DNA of 64,000 bases, taken from Eledone cirrhosa. Lineage: Eukaryota. The stretch is taken from contig OZ024741.1 of assembly GCA_964016885.1 (NCBI GenBank), forward strand, positions 110,918,001 through 110,982,000, in the 5' to 3' direction. The stretch's first letter is position 1; each line of letters begins with the position of its first letter. This document shows, in pieces, positions 1 through 11,199 of the stretch. The notes beneath the pieces are model-generated. The model was not told where the DNA came from, did no database searches, and saw only the letters and a list, made by a program, of their open reading frames with translations. The position numbers and the translations under genes are program-made.

Positions 1-85
1 AAAAAACACGTCTGACCTCCGCAAGAGTAAGTGAGAAAGAGACAACTAGAGGAGCAGGCGAGAGAAACAGTGTGTGTGTGTGTGT

Positions 86-216
86 CAAATGAAAAAAACC
101 AAGATAAAGACTCACGTTAATCCCCTGTAATTTTATGAGCTCAAGGAACATTTTCCGGGCTCTTCATAATACAGTATAAAGAGAAGAAAACAGAAAAGGG
201 GGTATGTTTTCAGTTA
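86..216. repeat. ~130-bp dispersed direct repeat, second copy at 1228-1356
   Basis: Shared caaatgaaaaaa...ttatgagctcaagg...ccgggctcttcataatacagtataaagagaagaaaac...gtatgttttcagtta. Confidence 0.8.
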
Positions 217-1382
217 CAAGAGGTATAGAACCACTATAGTGAAGAATATACGATCTACGAAAAGTGGGGAAACTACATAATAATCAAAAGATAAAATTAA
301 AATGTAAAAAAACTCATTTTTCTAACTATAGAACACCTTCATATTCTCGAAAAAGAGAATGTTTCGCTATACCGTGTTGGTATGTAGCGAAATCTGTCCA
401 CACCTTGACCCCTGGGTAACATTTAACGGTCAAATTCTGGGTTACCTCCTTTCTGGCGTAAACAAGTCTATGCATGGGCGATCTCTTGAGGTCACCCCGG
501 TGGTTCTCGAGGCAGAAGAAGCAACATATATTAATAGCCTGTCTTAGACCAAGCAAAAGGCAGTTCGAAGCATTCCTAACAGAGTAACGATGTAAAACGT
601 TTGCTTTCTACAGACTATTACTCTCTCTTCTGGTCTTACAGACTCTCACCTTCTCTTGTCACTGAGCTTTGAATACTACCTTGCTGCTACGACTAACGAA
701 CAATATCTTGCCGAGGTTAACTTTGCCTTTCATCCTTACGGGGTCGATAAAATAAAGTACCAATAATGCACTGGGATAATTGCTGGCCTTGTGCCAAAAA
801 TAGAAACAAATATCTTGCCACTCTCTATTTCAGCATAACGAAATAACAGCCAAAACATTGTCAACCTGTATGATTTGTAGTAATCTTATTCTTTGTTCCT
901 TTATTCACTGAAGTGAAGTAAAGTTTATATTTAAACGAAACTATTTATTTTGTCGTGTTATTGGAGCTCTAACAACATTTGTTAACTTCGCTTCGCTTCA
1001 GGAACACTACCCTCTCATGGCTTATTACCAGGCGCAGAGAAGGTATAGCCAACAAATCTAAAGAGATTTCAGACAATTGAATAACAGCACATGGTGAGAG
1101 AAAATGAAAATATGTGCTCTAGACAGTATATAGTGGGTTGAGTGGATTAAGAAACCGCTAGAAATGGTAGCCTATAACCACTCAACATAGAAAGCTCAAC
1201 CAACGAAGCATTTAGGAGAACAAATATCAAATGAAAAAACAGAGATAAAGACTTGCGTTAATCTTCTGTAATTTTATGAGCTCAAGGAAAATTTCCGGGC
1301 TCTTCATAATACAGTATAAAGAGAAGAAAACTCAAAAAGGGGTATGTTTTCAGTTAGAAGTGGTTACACAACAGTTAGTTCA

Positions 1383-1432
1383 CCATACCGAGAACAATTG
1401 TTTCACCTTAGCGGATCCTCAGCTCGTAATGG
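1383..1432 (-). ncRNA. Type I minimal hammerhead ribozyme (inverted copy, sense to the GIY-YIG ORF)
   Basis: Reverse complement of 2750-2799. Confidence 0.75.
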
Positions 1433-2749
1433 ACATGGTTATACGGAACAGGAAGGACAACCGTACGAACGCGCATGCGCAGAAACGATCACTTCACACA
1501 GGCAATACTAAATTGCGTGCGAGAGGTGTAAGGGGGATAACTGCGAAAGTCCGAAAGTTTCTAGTTGATAAGAAAATTAGGATGTTGTTGTAATTCAATC
1601 CGGAGCCTTGTAGTTATGTAAGAGGTGTTTCCAGACGTGTGGACAACGTGTGAAGAATTCATTTCCCGTGTTTAGGCAATCACTATTGTGTAATCTCTTT
1701 AGAATATTTATTCGTTCATCAATACATAGTCCACACGACGCATTGCTCCTTGCGTATGGCTTGGACTTAGTGATGGCTTTCCATTGAATGGAGTAGTCTA
1801 TACTTGAATCCTTGAGGGACCATACGTGGCTCGCGAATTTCGTGGATGAACGTCTGTCCGGGTACCTAAAGGTCGACTGGTGATTCAGGAAGCGTTCCTT
1901 AAGTCGGCCCTCCGTCATACCCACATAGGATTTAACCTCCTGTGGTTGATTTGGTCGGTTGGAAGTGACCACAGCTTCATAAACTACAGCGGGTGTGTTG
2001 CATTGCTGTTGAAGGGGACAAGCTTCGGGCTTACGGCAAGAACACCCTGGTGGGGTGTTGCTCTTAGGGCTGTTGGTGATGTGGGCCTTCATGTTCTTAG
2101 CGCAGGAGTATCCGAGTTTTGCTTTGTATCGGTTAAAGATGGAGCGGTATTTATGATCTATGGGAAAGTGTCTATCTAAGAGGGCTAGAAATTGTTTGCC
2201 TACATTGGTTTTAACGTTGAGTGAGAAGGGAGGAGAGAACCAGATAGTTTGTCTATTGTTACGCTTTCTTTTCTTATTGCTGTTGTTGTTAGTGGGAAAG
2301 TAAGTGATAGGTTGCGAGAAGCCGCTGTTAGCTAACACCGTGTTATAGTAGGGTTCCGCCCTGTCAAAGATAGCCTTATTAGAGAAGAGGTTTGAGATTC
2401 TAGTACTGATATTATTTACGAAGTTTCTAAAAACAGTGGGAGGGTGGCATGAGTTCTTCACACGTTGTCCATACGTCTGGAAACACCTCTTACATAACTA
2501 GAAAGCTCCGGAGGGTGGCATGAATTCTTCACACGTTGTCCACACGTCTGGAAACACCTCTTACATAACTACAAAGCTCCGGATTTAATTATAACAACAT
2601 CCTAATTTTCTTATCAACTAGAAACTTTCGGACTTTCGCAGTTATCTCCCTTACACCTCTCGCACGCAATTTAGTATTGCCTATGTGAAGTGATCGTTTC
2701 AGCGCATGCGCGTTCGTACGGTTGTCCTTCCTGTTCCGTATAACCATGT

Positions 2750-2799
2750 CCATTACGAGCTGAGGATCCGCTAAGGTGAAACAATTGTTCTCGGTATGG
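2750..2799 (+). ncRNA. Type I minimal hammerhead ribozyme in Penelope pseudo-LTR
   Basis: ccattacgag-CTGAGGA-tccgctaaggt-GAAA-caattg-TT-ctcggtatgg; stem III palindrome ACAATTGT; stem I CGAG/CTCG. Confidence 0.75.
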
Positions 2800-2920
2800 T
2801 GAACTAACTGTTGTGTAACTACTTCTACCTAACTCGTCCCATGGACTGAGTGCTCTACCACTACGGATATTACCTTTCAGTGTTCTACCACTATGTATAT
2901 ATATATATATATATATATAT

Positions 2921-3130
2921 AGGAAAAAGTATGACCCCGACGGCAGAGCTCAAGCCGTTTCGACGGCTATTTCTGGACTCTGTGGTTGATTTGAGTTCAG
3001 AAATAGCCGTCGAAACGGCTTAAGCTCTGATGTTGGGGTCATACTTTTTGCTATTTCCCACTCTACTACCCTAAGTATTGAGTACTCTGGTGCGTTATGG
3101 TCCATCTGGTTCCTTACCACAATTCCTTTG

Positions 3131-3217
<87 letters not shown>

Positions 3218-3418
3218 AACGAGTAGGACGGCGACGGCTGAGCTCAAGCCGTTTCGACGGTTAATTCTGGACTGAATTAGTCGTCCAGAATTAGCCGTCG
3301 AAACGGCTTGAGCTCAGCCGTCGGGCTCCTACTCGTTCCTATTACCCACTCTACTACCCTAAGTATTGAGTACTTTGGTGCGTTATGGTCCACCTGGTTC
3401 CTTACCACATTTCCTTCG

Positions 3419-3420
<2 letters not shown>
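2921..3420. repeat. Two copies (2921-3132, 3215-3420) of a ~210-bp hairpin-plus-tail element embedded in (TA)n
   Basis: Each has ~58-60-bp inverted arms, a 10-12-nt loop and a shared ~80-bp tail; (TA)n at 2896-2920, 3132-3214, 3421-3490. Confidence 0.85.
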
Positions 3421-3493
<73 letters not shown>

Positions 3494-5447
3494 TTTTATT
3501 GTTTATAATTCTTGCAGAATGAAAATATAAACACCTATAATACAATTAATGTTTCATAGTTGCACAAACAACATTACAAATCGTTTGCAATTCCTTCAGA
3601 ATGAAAATATAAACAAAGCTTATAAATAAATTTACAGTAGTGTAGTGACCTACATTCCGCGGTCTCACATACATTCTCTGTGCGTGATTTGGCTCAGTTC
3701 AGCCAATCAGCGCCAGTAGAAGAGGATGTATCCCTACGCGCCCTGAGGAAGAAATTCCCTGCGAAGATTTGAAGAATCTCTCTCTTGTACCGGGAACTTC
3801 GAACCAGCAACACGCATAATGTAACGGTGAGATTTTGCACCCTAGCCTCGCCGGCTTAACGGCGCAATGGCACATTCCCTTTTGTAACCTCTTTTTATCT
3901 GTAACTTCAACCATATAAGTTAACAAACATTGTTTGTGCTACATCAAAAATAAACATACATTTCATCTCTAATTTCTGCTGTTGAAATCATTATTATGTT
4001 ACTCGCGTCTCAATAACATCAATAATCCATGCTGCTGGAATTGGCGACCTGACGAAAGGAATATTGTAAATACAAAGATGGTAAATAGATCGAGGGACCT
4101 TCCCTCACGTCTATGTCGACAAGACAATCCAACGAGGATACCATCATTTTACCACACTGTCAACTAACGACCTTCATACTTCTACCCTGCTAAAGTAGAA
4201 TAACATAACAAATATGTTTTAAATATATACATAAATAACATTACAAATGGCTCGGTAACACTACAAGGTTTGATACAATGAAAGACATATTCCTTCAATG
4301 CTACAATATTAAAGAAAATGTAAAAGAAGGGGTGAACAACGGAGGCAACACCAGAGCAAAAGACAGCAACATCGCGAGTACTGGGCAACCTCTCTAATGA
4401 TTTTTTAGGCAAGCCAGCACACTCGTAGCGTTGCCTCGGGTGATGGCAAGGCTGATGCGCTGAAACAGCCAAGCACCTTCGCGAGATTCGCCAGTCACCT
4501 CTATTAGGCGAGCCGCCAGTGAGGAAAGGAACCTCGCAGTCAGCGGCCCGACTCCCCCAAACGTCTCGAAAGCCACAGGCTGAAAAATGAAGCTGGCCGA
4601 CAGATCAGAGTATTTGAGGGTCTTACTCCACTCAGTTGCGGAAGCTGTGGCTCTCGTCCTAACCGCAGCATCCAGGATGTGGGAAAGAGCAAAGGAGTCA
4701 CTAACAGTGACGTCCCAGACAAGGCACCTGCCTCTCGACCAGGGGCACAGGGTAAGACCATCAGGTCTTTTGCCGTCACTTCTGGACAACCCAGATGGTT
4801 CCAAGACTGAGGGGATATTCGCCCGGGCCAAAGCTCTCTTCAGAATGAGGTTTAGCTCCATGTGACGCGCGAAGCGGCCGGCATTCAGGCGGCAAGAAAG
4901 ACCGTGGAGGCCTGTAGAGTCGAGGAGTTTGCCGCATCGGCACCTCAAACCCATGCAGACGTCGGCTCCCACTCTGAGGGCGATGGAGACACGAAAATCG
5001 TCCAGGCTGAGTAGGCCACCAACGTTGGCCACGGGTAGGGCATCGACCCAGTCGCCTGAGTATTTGGCGCTGGCAGATAGTTAACGGTGTGGGTATGGTG
5101 TGCTGTGCGGTGGCCGGAGGCTGGGGAGTGCTCGACCGGAAGGGCCAGCAGGTTTACCTCTCTCTAGGGTGGTCAGCGAACGTGGTGGACGTCAGTCTTG
5201 GAGCTCCCGGTTAATGAGTTGGATTGTACGCACGTGGGGAAGGAGAAACCAGCTATTGGATTAGCGGTGCCAGCGAAAGCGGTAAGTGAAGTAGCTTTTT
5301 CTAACCACAAGCTATTTCGGCACTGGAAACTGAGATCTGATTGATCAGAAAAAAAAAAAAGAAAGAACTTTCTCGAAAACAAAGCTACTAGAAAGACAGA
5401 GAGGAGTCTGTTGTTTTTTATTACTTACCGCAAGACAAAATTAGGAT

Positions 5448-6212
5448 ATGGCGACAAGATTACGAATGAGCGGAGAAGCGATTAGGGCATTTACCGGTGA
5501 AGGCGATGTTGTCGCTTGGCTGCGAAAAGTCCGGCTGGTCGCAAGCTTACAGAAAATAGAAGATGTAGCTGGCCTCATGGCACTGTACCTCGAGGGGGGT
5601 GCGTTGGCACTCTTCCTAGAGATCTATGAACACAGCCAAAGGGATGCGCAAAAGATTGAGAGGCGCATGATGGAAGCGTTCGCGGAGGGACCATTAGCCG
5701 CTTTTGCTAAGCTGGCAAGGATTAGATGGAACGGTGAACGCGTTGACATTTTCGCAGCGGAAATACGGCGATTGGCCATGTTGGCTGGATATCAGGTGGA
5801 ATGCGAACGCACGGTGCGGTTGGCGTTCATAAATGGATTTCCAGACGACATAGCGGTGAAACTGGAGCAAGTCCCGAGTTACAAAGAAATGGAGATGCAT
5901 GCACTGGTGGAGCAAGCCCGCATCAGAGCAGAAGATGCCAAGAAGAGTGTCGCAGCGATAGCAATTACAGAGGCCCAAGGCAGCTGGCAGCGAAATGGTG
6001 AAAGGGAGGCAACCACGGCATGCGGTCGCCCGCGAACGTTTAGAGTTCGCTGTTTTAGGTGCCAGGGCCCGCACATGGCGAGAGACTGTAGAGAGTCAAG
6101 GCCAGAAAAAATATGCTACCGGTGTAAGCGACCAGGCCGCATCGCTACTAGCTGCGACCAGGGAAACGATCCAAGGGAAACTACTGCGCCGGTAGTTGCC
6201 CCTTACGAGTAG
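5448..6212 (+). CDS. gag: gypsy gag with two CCHC-type zinc knuckles
   Basis: CFRCQGPHMARDC and CYRCKRPGRIATSC; open 254-aa frame. Confidence 0.85.
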   Translation: MATRLRMSGEAIRAFTGEGDVVAWLRKVRLVASLQKIEDVAGLMALYLEGGALALFLEIYEHSQRDAQKIERRMMEAFAEGPLAAFAKLARIRWNGERVDIFAAEIRRLAMLAGYQVECERTVRLAFINGFPDDIAVKLEQVPSYKEMEMHALVEQARIRAEDAKKSVAAIAITEAQGSWQRNGEREATTACGRPRTFRVRCFRCQGPHMARDCRESRPEKICYRCKRPGRIATSCDQGNDPRETTAPVVAPYE

Positions 6213-8870
6213 AGGCGCTGCCCGTGGTGAAAGTTTTCGTGAGGGGAAAGCCACAGCGAGCCCTCGTGGACTCGGGCTGTACGACGACACTGGTGACTGC
6301 GGGGGTGGCGCAGAGGTGGAGAGGGAAGAGCAGCGTAAAGGCAGTCGACAGTAGGAAAATTGAATGCCGAGGTCGCAGCGAGGTGGTGATGGCGGTACGG
6401 GGAAAGTAAATAAGGCTTTCTGCCATCGTAGTCGACAACGTGGTGGATGGGATCGGCGTAGTTATGGGCATGGACGCAATTGGCCGTCTAAGAGGCGTCA
6501 CAGTGAACAACGTGGGTGTGTCGTTTGGCGGCGCCGCATCGGTATGCGCTGTGAGTACGCGACAGGAGAACCAGAAGGTCCACGAGGATAAATACTCCGC
6601 TTACACTGTGCAGGACAAAGACTTCAAGGCCGTGTTCGATGGGCAACGATGGGTTGTTCAGTGGTACTGGAAGGGAGAACCACCAACACTGAAGACCAAA
6701 GTGGGCTGCTATCAACACACATTGAAGGGAGAAATTAGGAGCGAGTTCGAGCAAGAGGTAGAGAGATGGATTGAGGAGGGCATACTGCTTCCCTGGAAAG
6801 AGGAGGTGAAGTGCGGAGTATTGCCGTTAATGGCGGTAGCGCAACCCACGAAGAACAAGGTGAGGCTGGTGCTGGACTTTCGGGAGCTGAACGAGCACGT
6901 GTCATGCCACACGGGTGGCGAGGCCACGGATGTCTGTGAGGAAACCCTCAGTGAGTGGAGACGCGCGACGGGGGATTCCGGAATCGTCGATCTAAAGTCG
7001 ACATACTTACAATTACACATAGATGAGAAACTCTGGCAGTATCAGCTGGTCAGGTATAAGGGCCGGACATATTGCCTGACCAGGCTCGGTTTCGGGCTGA
7101 GCTCTGCACCGAAGATCATGGCGGCGGTCCTCAAGACCATTCTGGGAAAGGCCGACAAGATGAAGAGGGACACTAATTCCTACATTGACGACATCCTAGT
7201 GGACGACTCTGTAGTGTCGGCGGCGGAGGTCACGAGCCATTTACAAGGGTATGGACTGGCTGCGAAGCCGTCAGAAGCGTTGGAAGGAGGAGCCGCGTTG
7301 GGACTTAGTCTACGGCAAGACAGGACGGGCGTGTTAGTATTCCAGAGGGGAAATGAAGTTCCAGAACTGGGCCCAAGCATGAGTAGGCGGGAGCTTTTCT
7401 CGGCGTGTAGAAAGTTGGTGGGTCACTACCCGATTGCTGGGTGGCTCCGGACGGCATGCAGCTATGTCAAGAGACGAGCGGGCGGGGTGACTTGGAGTGA
7501 CAGAGTGGGAGAGAGGACGGTGGCCATGATGCAGGAGATCGTGGAGAGGATGAAGGCCGACGACCCAGTGCGGGGACGCTGGTATGTTCCCAAATCGCAA
7601 AGCGGGACCGTATGGTGCGATGCCAGCAGCATAGCGCTGGGTGTCACGTTGGAGATAGGAGGTGTTGAGGTCCAGGATGCAGCCTGGCTTAGGAAGAAGG
7701 ACGATTGCAACCACATCAATGTGGCCGAACTGGACGCGGTGTTGAGAGGGGAAAACCTCGCCCTGAGGTGCGGACTGCGCACCATCGAGATACGCACCGA
7801 CTCGACTACTGTACTCGGATGGGTGAGATCAGTGCTCACCCAAGAAGAGAGTGCGAACGAGAGGGGCGGCGGAGATGCTGATAAAGCGCCGCCTGGGAAC
7901 TTTAGGAGAGCTGGCCATCGAGTTCGATCTGAGGTTGAGCGTAGTTTTCGTGCCCTCAGAGAAAAATAGGTCGGACGTTTTAACAAGGGTGAAGAAAGCC
8001 TGGATGGAAGCGCCGGAGGAGGTAGAAGAGGAGATAGCTGCCTTGTGTCGGCTGACCGAGTCGGATCTGAAAGGGTTGCACCACATGGGAGTGGATAGGA
8101 CTCTGTTCCTAGCCAGGAGAATCGACTCGGACGTTAACAGACACAGTGTTCAAAGAGTGGTTAGAGGCTGCGTCCGATGTCAGTCCATTGATCCCGCCCA
8201 GGGTGTGCACGAAACGGGAAGCCTCCCGGTGGATCGCGACTGGAAGCGATTAGCGGTGGATGTAACACACTACCGACAGGGAACATACCTCTCAATGGTC
8301 GACTGTGGACCGAGACAGATGGCGATATGGAGGGAGATGAAGACTGGAACGGCCGAGGAAATCACGCGGACGTTGAGAGAGGTGTTCTTGGAGCGGGGCC
8401 CTGTGGACGAACTGCTGATGGACAACAGCGTAGCGTTCCGCTCGGAGGCGCTGAGGGAGATGCTCGATGGATGGAAGGTGGACCGTTTCTTCAGAGCAGC
8501 ATACAGGCCGAGCGGAAATGGAATCGTGGAGTGACACCACCGGACGATCAAAGTAATGGCGGAGCGGGGCCACATCTCACCAATGGAGGTAGTGTTCTGG
8601 TACAACATGTCTCCTCGGGTGGGACAGGTTGAGGAATCGGTGCCACACAGCAGTATTCAGACACGAGTGGCGGCACCCGTACATGCCACCACAACGGCCA
8701 GTGGAGAGAGAGAATGCATTCGTGCAGGTGGGCGAAGAAGTCTGGGTTAAGCTCCCAGATGCACGTTGCACATCTCAATGGGGAAGGGGAACTGTGACGG
8801 CCGTAAATTCTCAGAACAATGTGTCCGTGGACGGAGTACCACGTCATGTCCTGGATGTTCGTTTTAATTA
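6161..8870 (+). pseudogene. pol: gypsy pol (protease, RT, RNase H, integrase), disrupted
   Basis: ALVDSGC protease; in-frame TAA at 6407-09; RLVLDFRELN and YIDD RT; WCDASS/ELDA/RTDS RNase H; frameshift near 7850; integrase HH-CxxC plus VD...DN...GIVE with TGA at 8532-34. Confidence 0.88.
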
Positions 8871-10157
8871 CTGTGTCAACGGACTCCGAGGAACAGGAAA
8901 CCCAAAGTGCCGCACCAACACTGCGGAGATCGCAAAGAAGTCGCAAACTACCAACCTGGACAACAGACTTTCATATGCAGAAGGACGAGGGGGAAATTGA
9001 TCCTTGAGAACAGGGGGGGGGGGGGTATCGTGTGGTGTGCGATGGCCGGAGGCTGGGGAGTGCTCGACCGGAAGAGTGCTTGGCCGGAAGGGTGCTCGAC
9101 CGGAAGGGCCAGCAGGTCTGTCTCTCTCTAGGGTGGTCAGCGAACGTGGTGGACGTCAGTCTTGGAGCTCCCGGTTAACTAGTTGGATTGTACGCACGTG
9201 GAAGAGGAGAAACCAGCCATTGGATTAGCGGTGCCAGCGAAAGCGGTAAGTGAAGTAGCTTTTTCTAACCACAAGCGGCACCTTGCAAACTGATCTGACT
9301 GGACGAAGAGGGAGTCGAAGGTGGCCTTCGAAATTATGCTGTCCCAAGCTCTCTGACTTCGACTGTCCTCCACCTTCTCAGGAAGAGACAAGCGCAACTC
9401 ACTCCATTGCTGGAGACTTCACCCAACTCCCTGTTGGAACTAGTCCATGTTGGAGAGGAGAGGATGCTGCTCACCAGGGTGGAGCAAGCGTGAGTGTGGA
9501 AAGAAAGCAGGGGAGAGAGAGGGACGAACACTTACGGAGACCAAGACCCCCAAATCGCTTGGGCAACGCAGCCTGATCGCGGGACTCCGGAGAGAGTCCA
9601 ACATTGACCAGACTCTAGAAGATTAGGTCGTCGAAGCGTTGGAGGCAGGACGGAAATCTGTGAGAAGGGCTGACCTTGAGCAGATACAGAAGCTTGTAGT
9701 AAGACGCCTCACGCCTCCTGGCGGATAATGGAACAACCCTAGTTGTCTCCCCCTGGTTAAAAACACCAGAAGTAAACAGAGACAGCCACGGGAAAGCAGA
9801 CTAAATACACGCCACAGAAAACAACCTCTGTACCACGAAACGATAAACAGCCAAGGGAACAGCAAACAGCAAACCCCACAATACCTTTGTAATTGTAATA
9901 CGCTCCTTTCACCACAACTGACCGCGTCTATATTTGGTATGTTCCATTTGTAATATAATAAACACATATAAACAAAATAAACATCACCATTATTTACATT
10001 TGTTGAATATAACTCTCGTTGTGGTTATTGTCTTGTTTACGCACACACCCACTCGTTATAATTCTCACTTACAAAAATGGTAAATAGACGAGGGACCTTC
10101 CCTCACGTCTATGTCGATAAACAATCCAACTAGGATACATTCATTTTACCACAAGCT

Positions 10158-10820
10158 TACTCAAGAGAGCTTTGGCCGGGGCGAACATCCCCTCAATCCT
10201 AGAACCATCTGAGTTGTCCATAAGTGCCCCTGGTCGAGAGGCAGGTGCCTTGTCTGGGACGTCACTGTTAGTGACTCTTTTGCTTCTTCCCACAACCTGG
10301 ATGCTGCGGTTAGGACGAGAGCCACAGCTTCCGCAACCGAGTGGAGTAAGACACTCTTAAATATTGTGATCTGTTGGCCAGCTACATTTTTCAGCCTGTG
10401 GTTTTCGAGACGTTTGGGGGAGTCGGACCGCTGACTGCGAGGTTCCTCTCTTCACTGATGGCTCGTTTAATAGAGGTAACTGGCGAATCTCACGAGGGCG
10501 CTTGGTTGTTCCTCTCTTCACTGATGGCTCGTTTAATAGAGGTAACTGGCGAATCTCACGAGGGCGCTTGGTTGTTCCAGTGCATTAGCCTCGCCATCAC
10601 CAGAGGTTGCCCGGTACTCCTCACGACGCTGCTGTCTTTTGCTCTGGTGTTGGCTCGGTTGTTCACCCCTTCCTTTACATTTTCTTTAATATTGCAACAT
10701 TAAAAGAATATATCCTTCTCAAAGAATCGCGAGCAAATTATGTTATCTAAGCATTTGTAATGTTATTATTTAAAACATATTATGTTATATATTTAAAACA
10801 TATTATGTTATTCTACTGTA
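10158..10820 (+). mobile_element. CRE-clade retrotransposon 3' fragment with internal 66-bp tandem duplication
   Basis: Close paralogue of 4195-4850 in opposite orientation; 10442-10507 repeated at 10508-10573. Confidence 0.8.
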
Positions 10821-10973
10821 AATTTATTTATATGCTTTGTATAATTTAAACACAAACATACGTACATTAATACAAAAGCGCATAAATATGTGTGTTTATA
10901 TATATTTTTATATTAAGTTCATCTTCAAAACAGTAATCTACACACAATAAATAAAATATAGATTGCGTCTTTT

Positions 10974-11059
<86 letters not shown>

Positions 11060-11199
11060 GGAGGTCTGTGATCTACATACACTGATCACAGACACACATC
11101 ATGTCCTAAAACAAGTTATATGATACATATGACCTAATATTCAGTCACCAAATTCGAGCTAGATTTGTTTGATGTAGTGTAAGCCTCACACCAGGAGCG

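Larger units (their letters stand above)
1356..2893 (-). mobile_element. 5'-truncated Penelope-like retroelement: GIY-YIG endonuclease ORF flanked by inverted pseudo-LTRs
   Basis: ORF 1595..2461 has a Cys linker CSCRKPEACP, AVVYEA...SYVGMT...KERFLNH (GIY-YIG) and C-terminal CGLC...CPH. 1356-1662 is the reverse complement of 2520-2826. Tail ends in (TA)n. Confidence 0.88.
5088..9273 (+). mobile_element. Full-length Ty3/gypsy LTR retrotransposon, inactivated by stops and frameshifts
   Basis: LTRs 5088-5309 and ~9020-9273 (TGTGG...CCACA). Flanks AACGG/AGCGG (5-bp TSD, 1 mismatch). Polypurine tract ~9006-9019. Domain order gag-PR-RT-RH-IN. Confidence 0.92.
4195..9700 (-). mobile_element. CRE-clade non-LTR retrotransposon (restriction-like endonuclease), 5'-truncated, interrupted by the gypsy element
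   Basis: ORF 4394..5032 has CRCG...HGLSC, RH, KRPDG...VWDVT, PVAFETFG (CCHC knuckle plus PD-(D/E)xK RLE). The reading continues beyond the LTR at 9279-9700 (SQRAWD..., LPKRFGGLGL). Confidence 0.82.

Noticed and set aside
2993-3030. GTCGAAACGG in the hairpin element as a hammerhead half
   Set aside because: No upstream CUGANGA and no viable stem III/UH.
3078-3508. ORFs with (YI)n runs
   Set aside because: Translations of (TA)n microsatellites.
5694-9000. Many short antisense and alternative-frame ORFs over the gypsy element
   Set aside because: Shadow ORFs of GC-rich gag-pol with no recognisable motifs.
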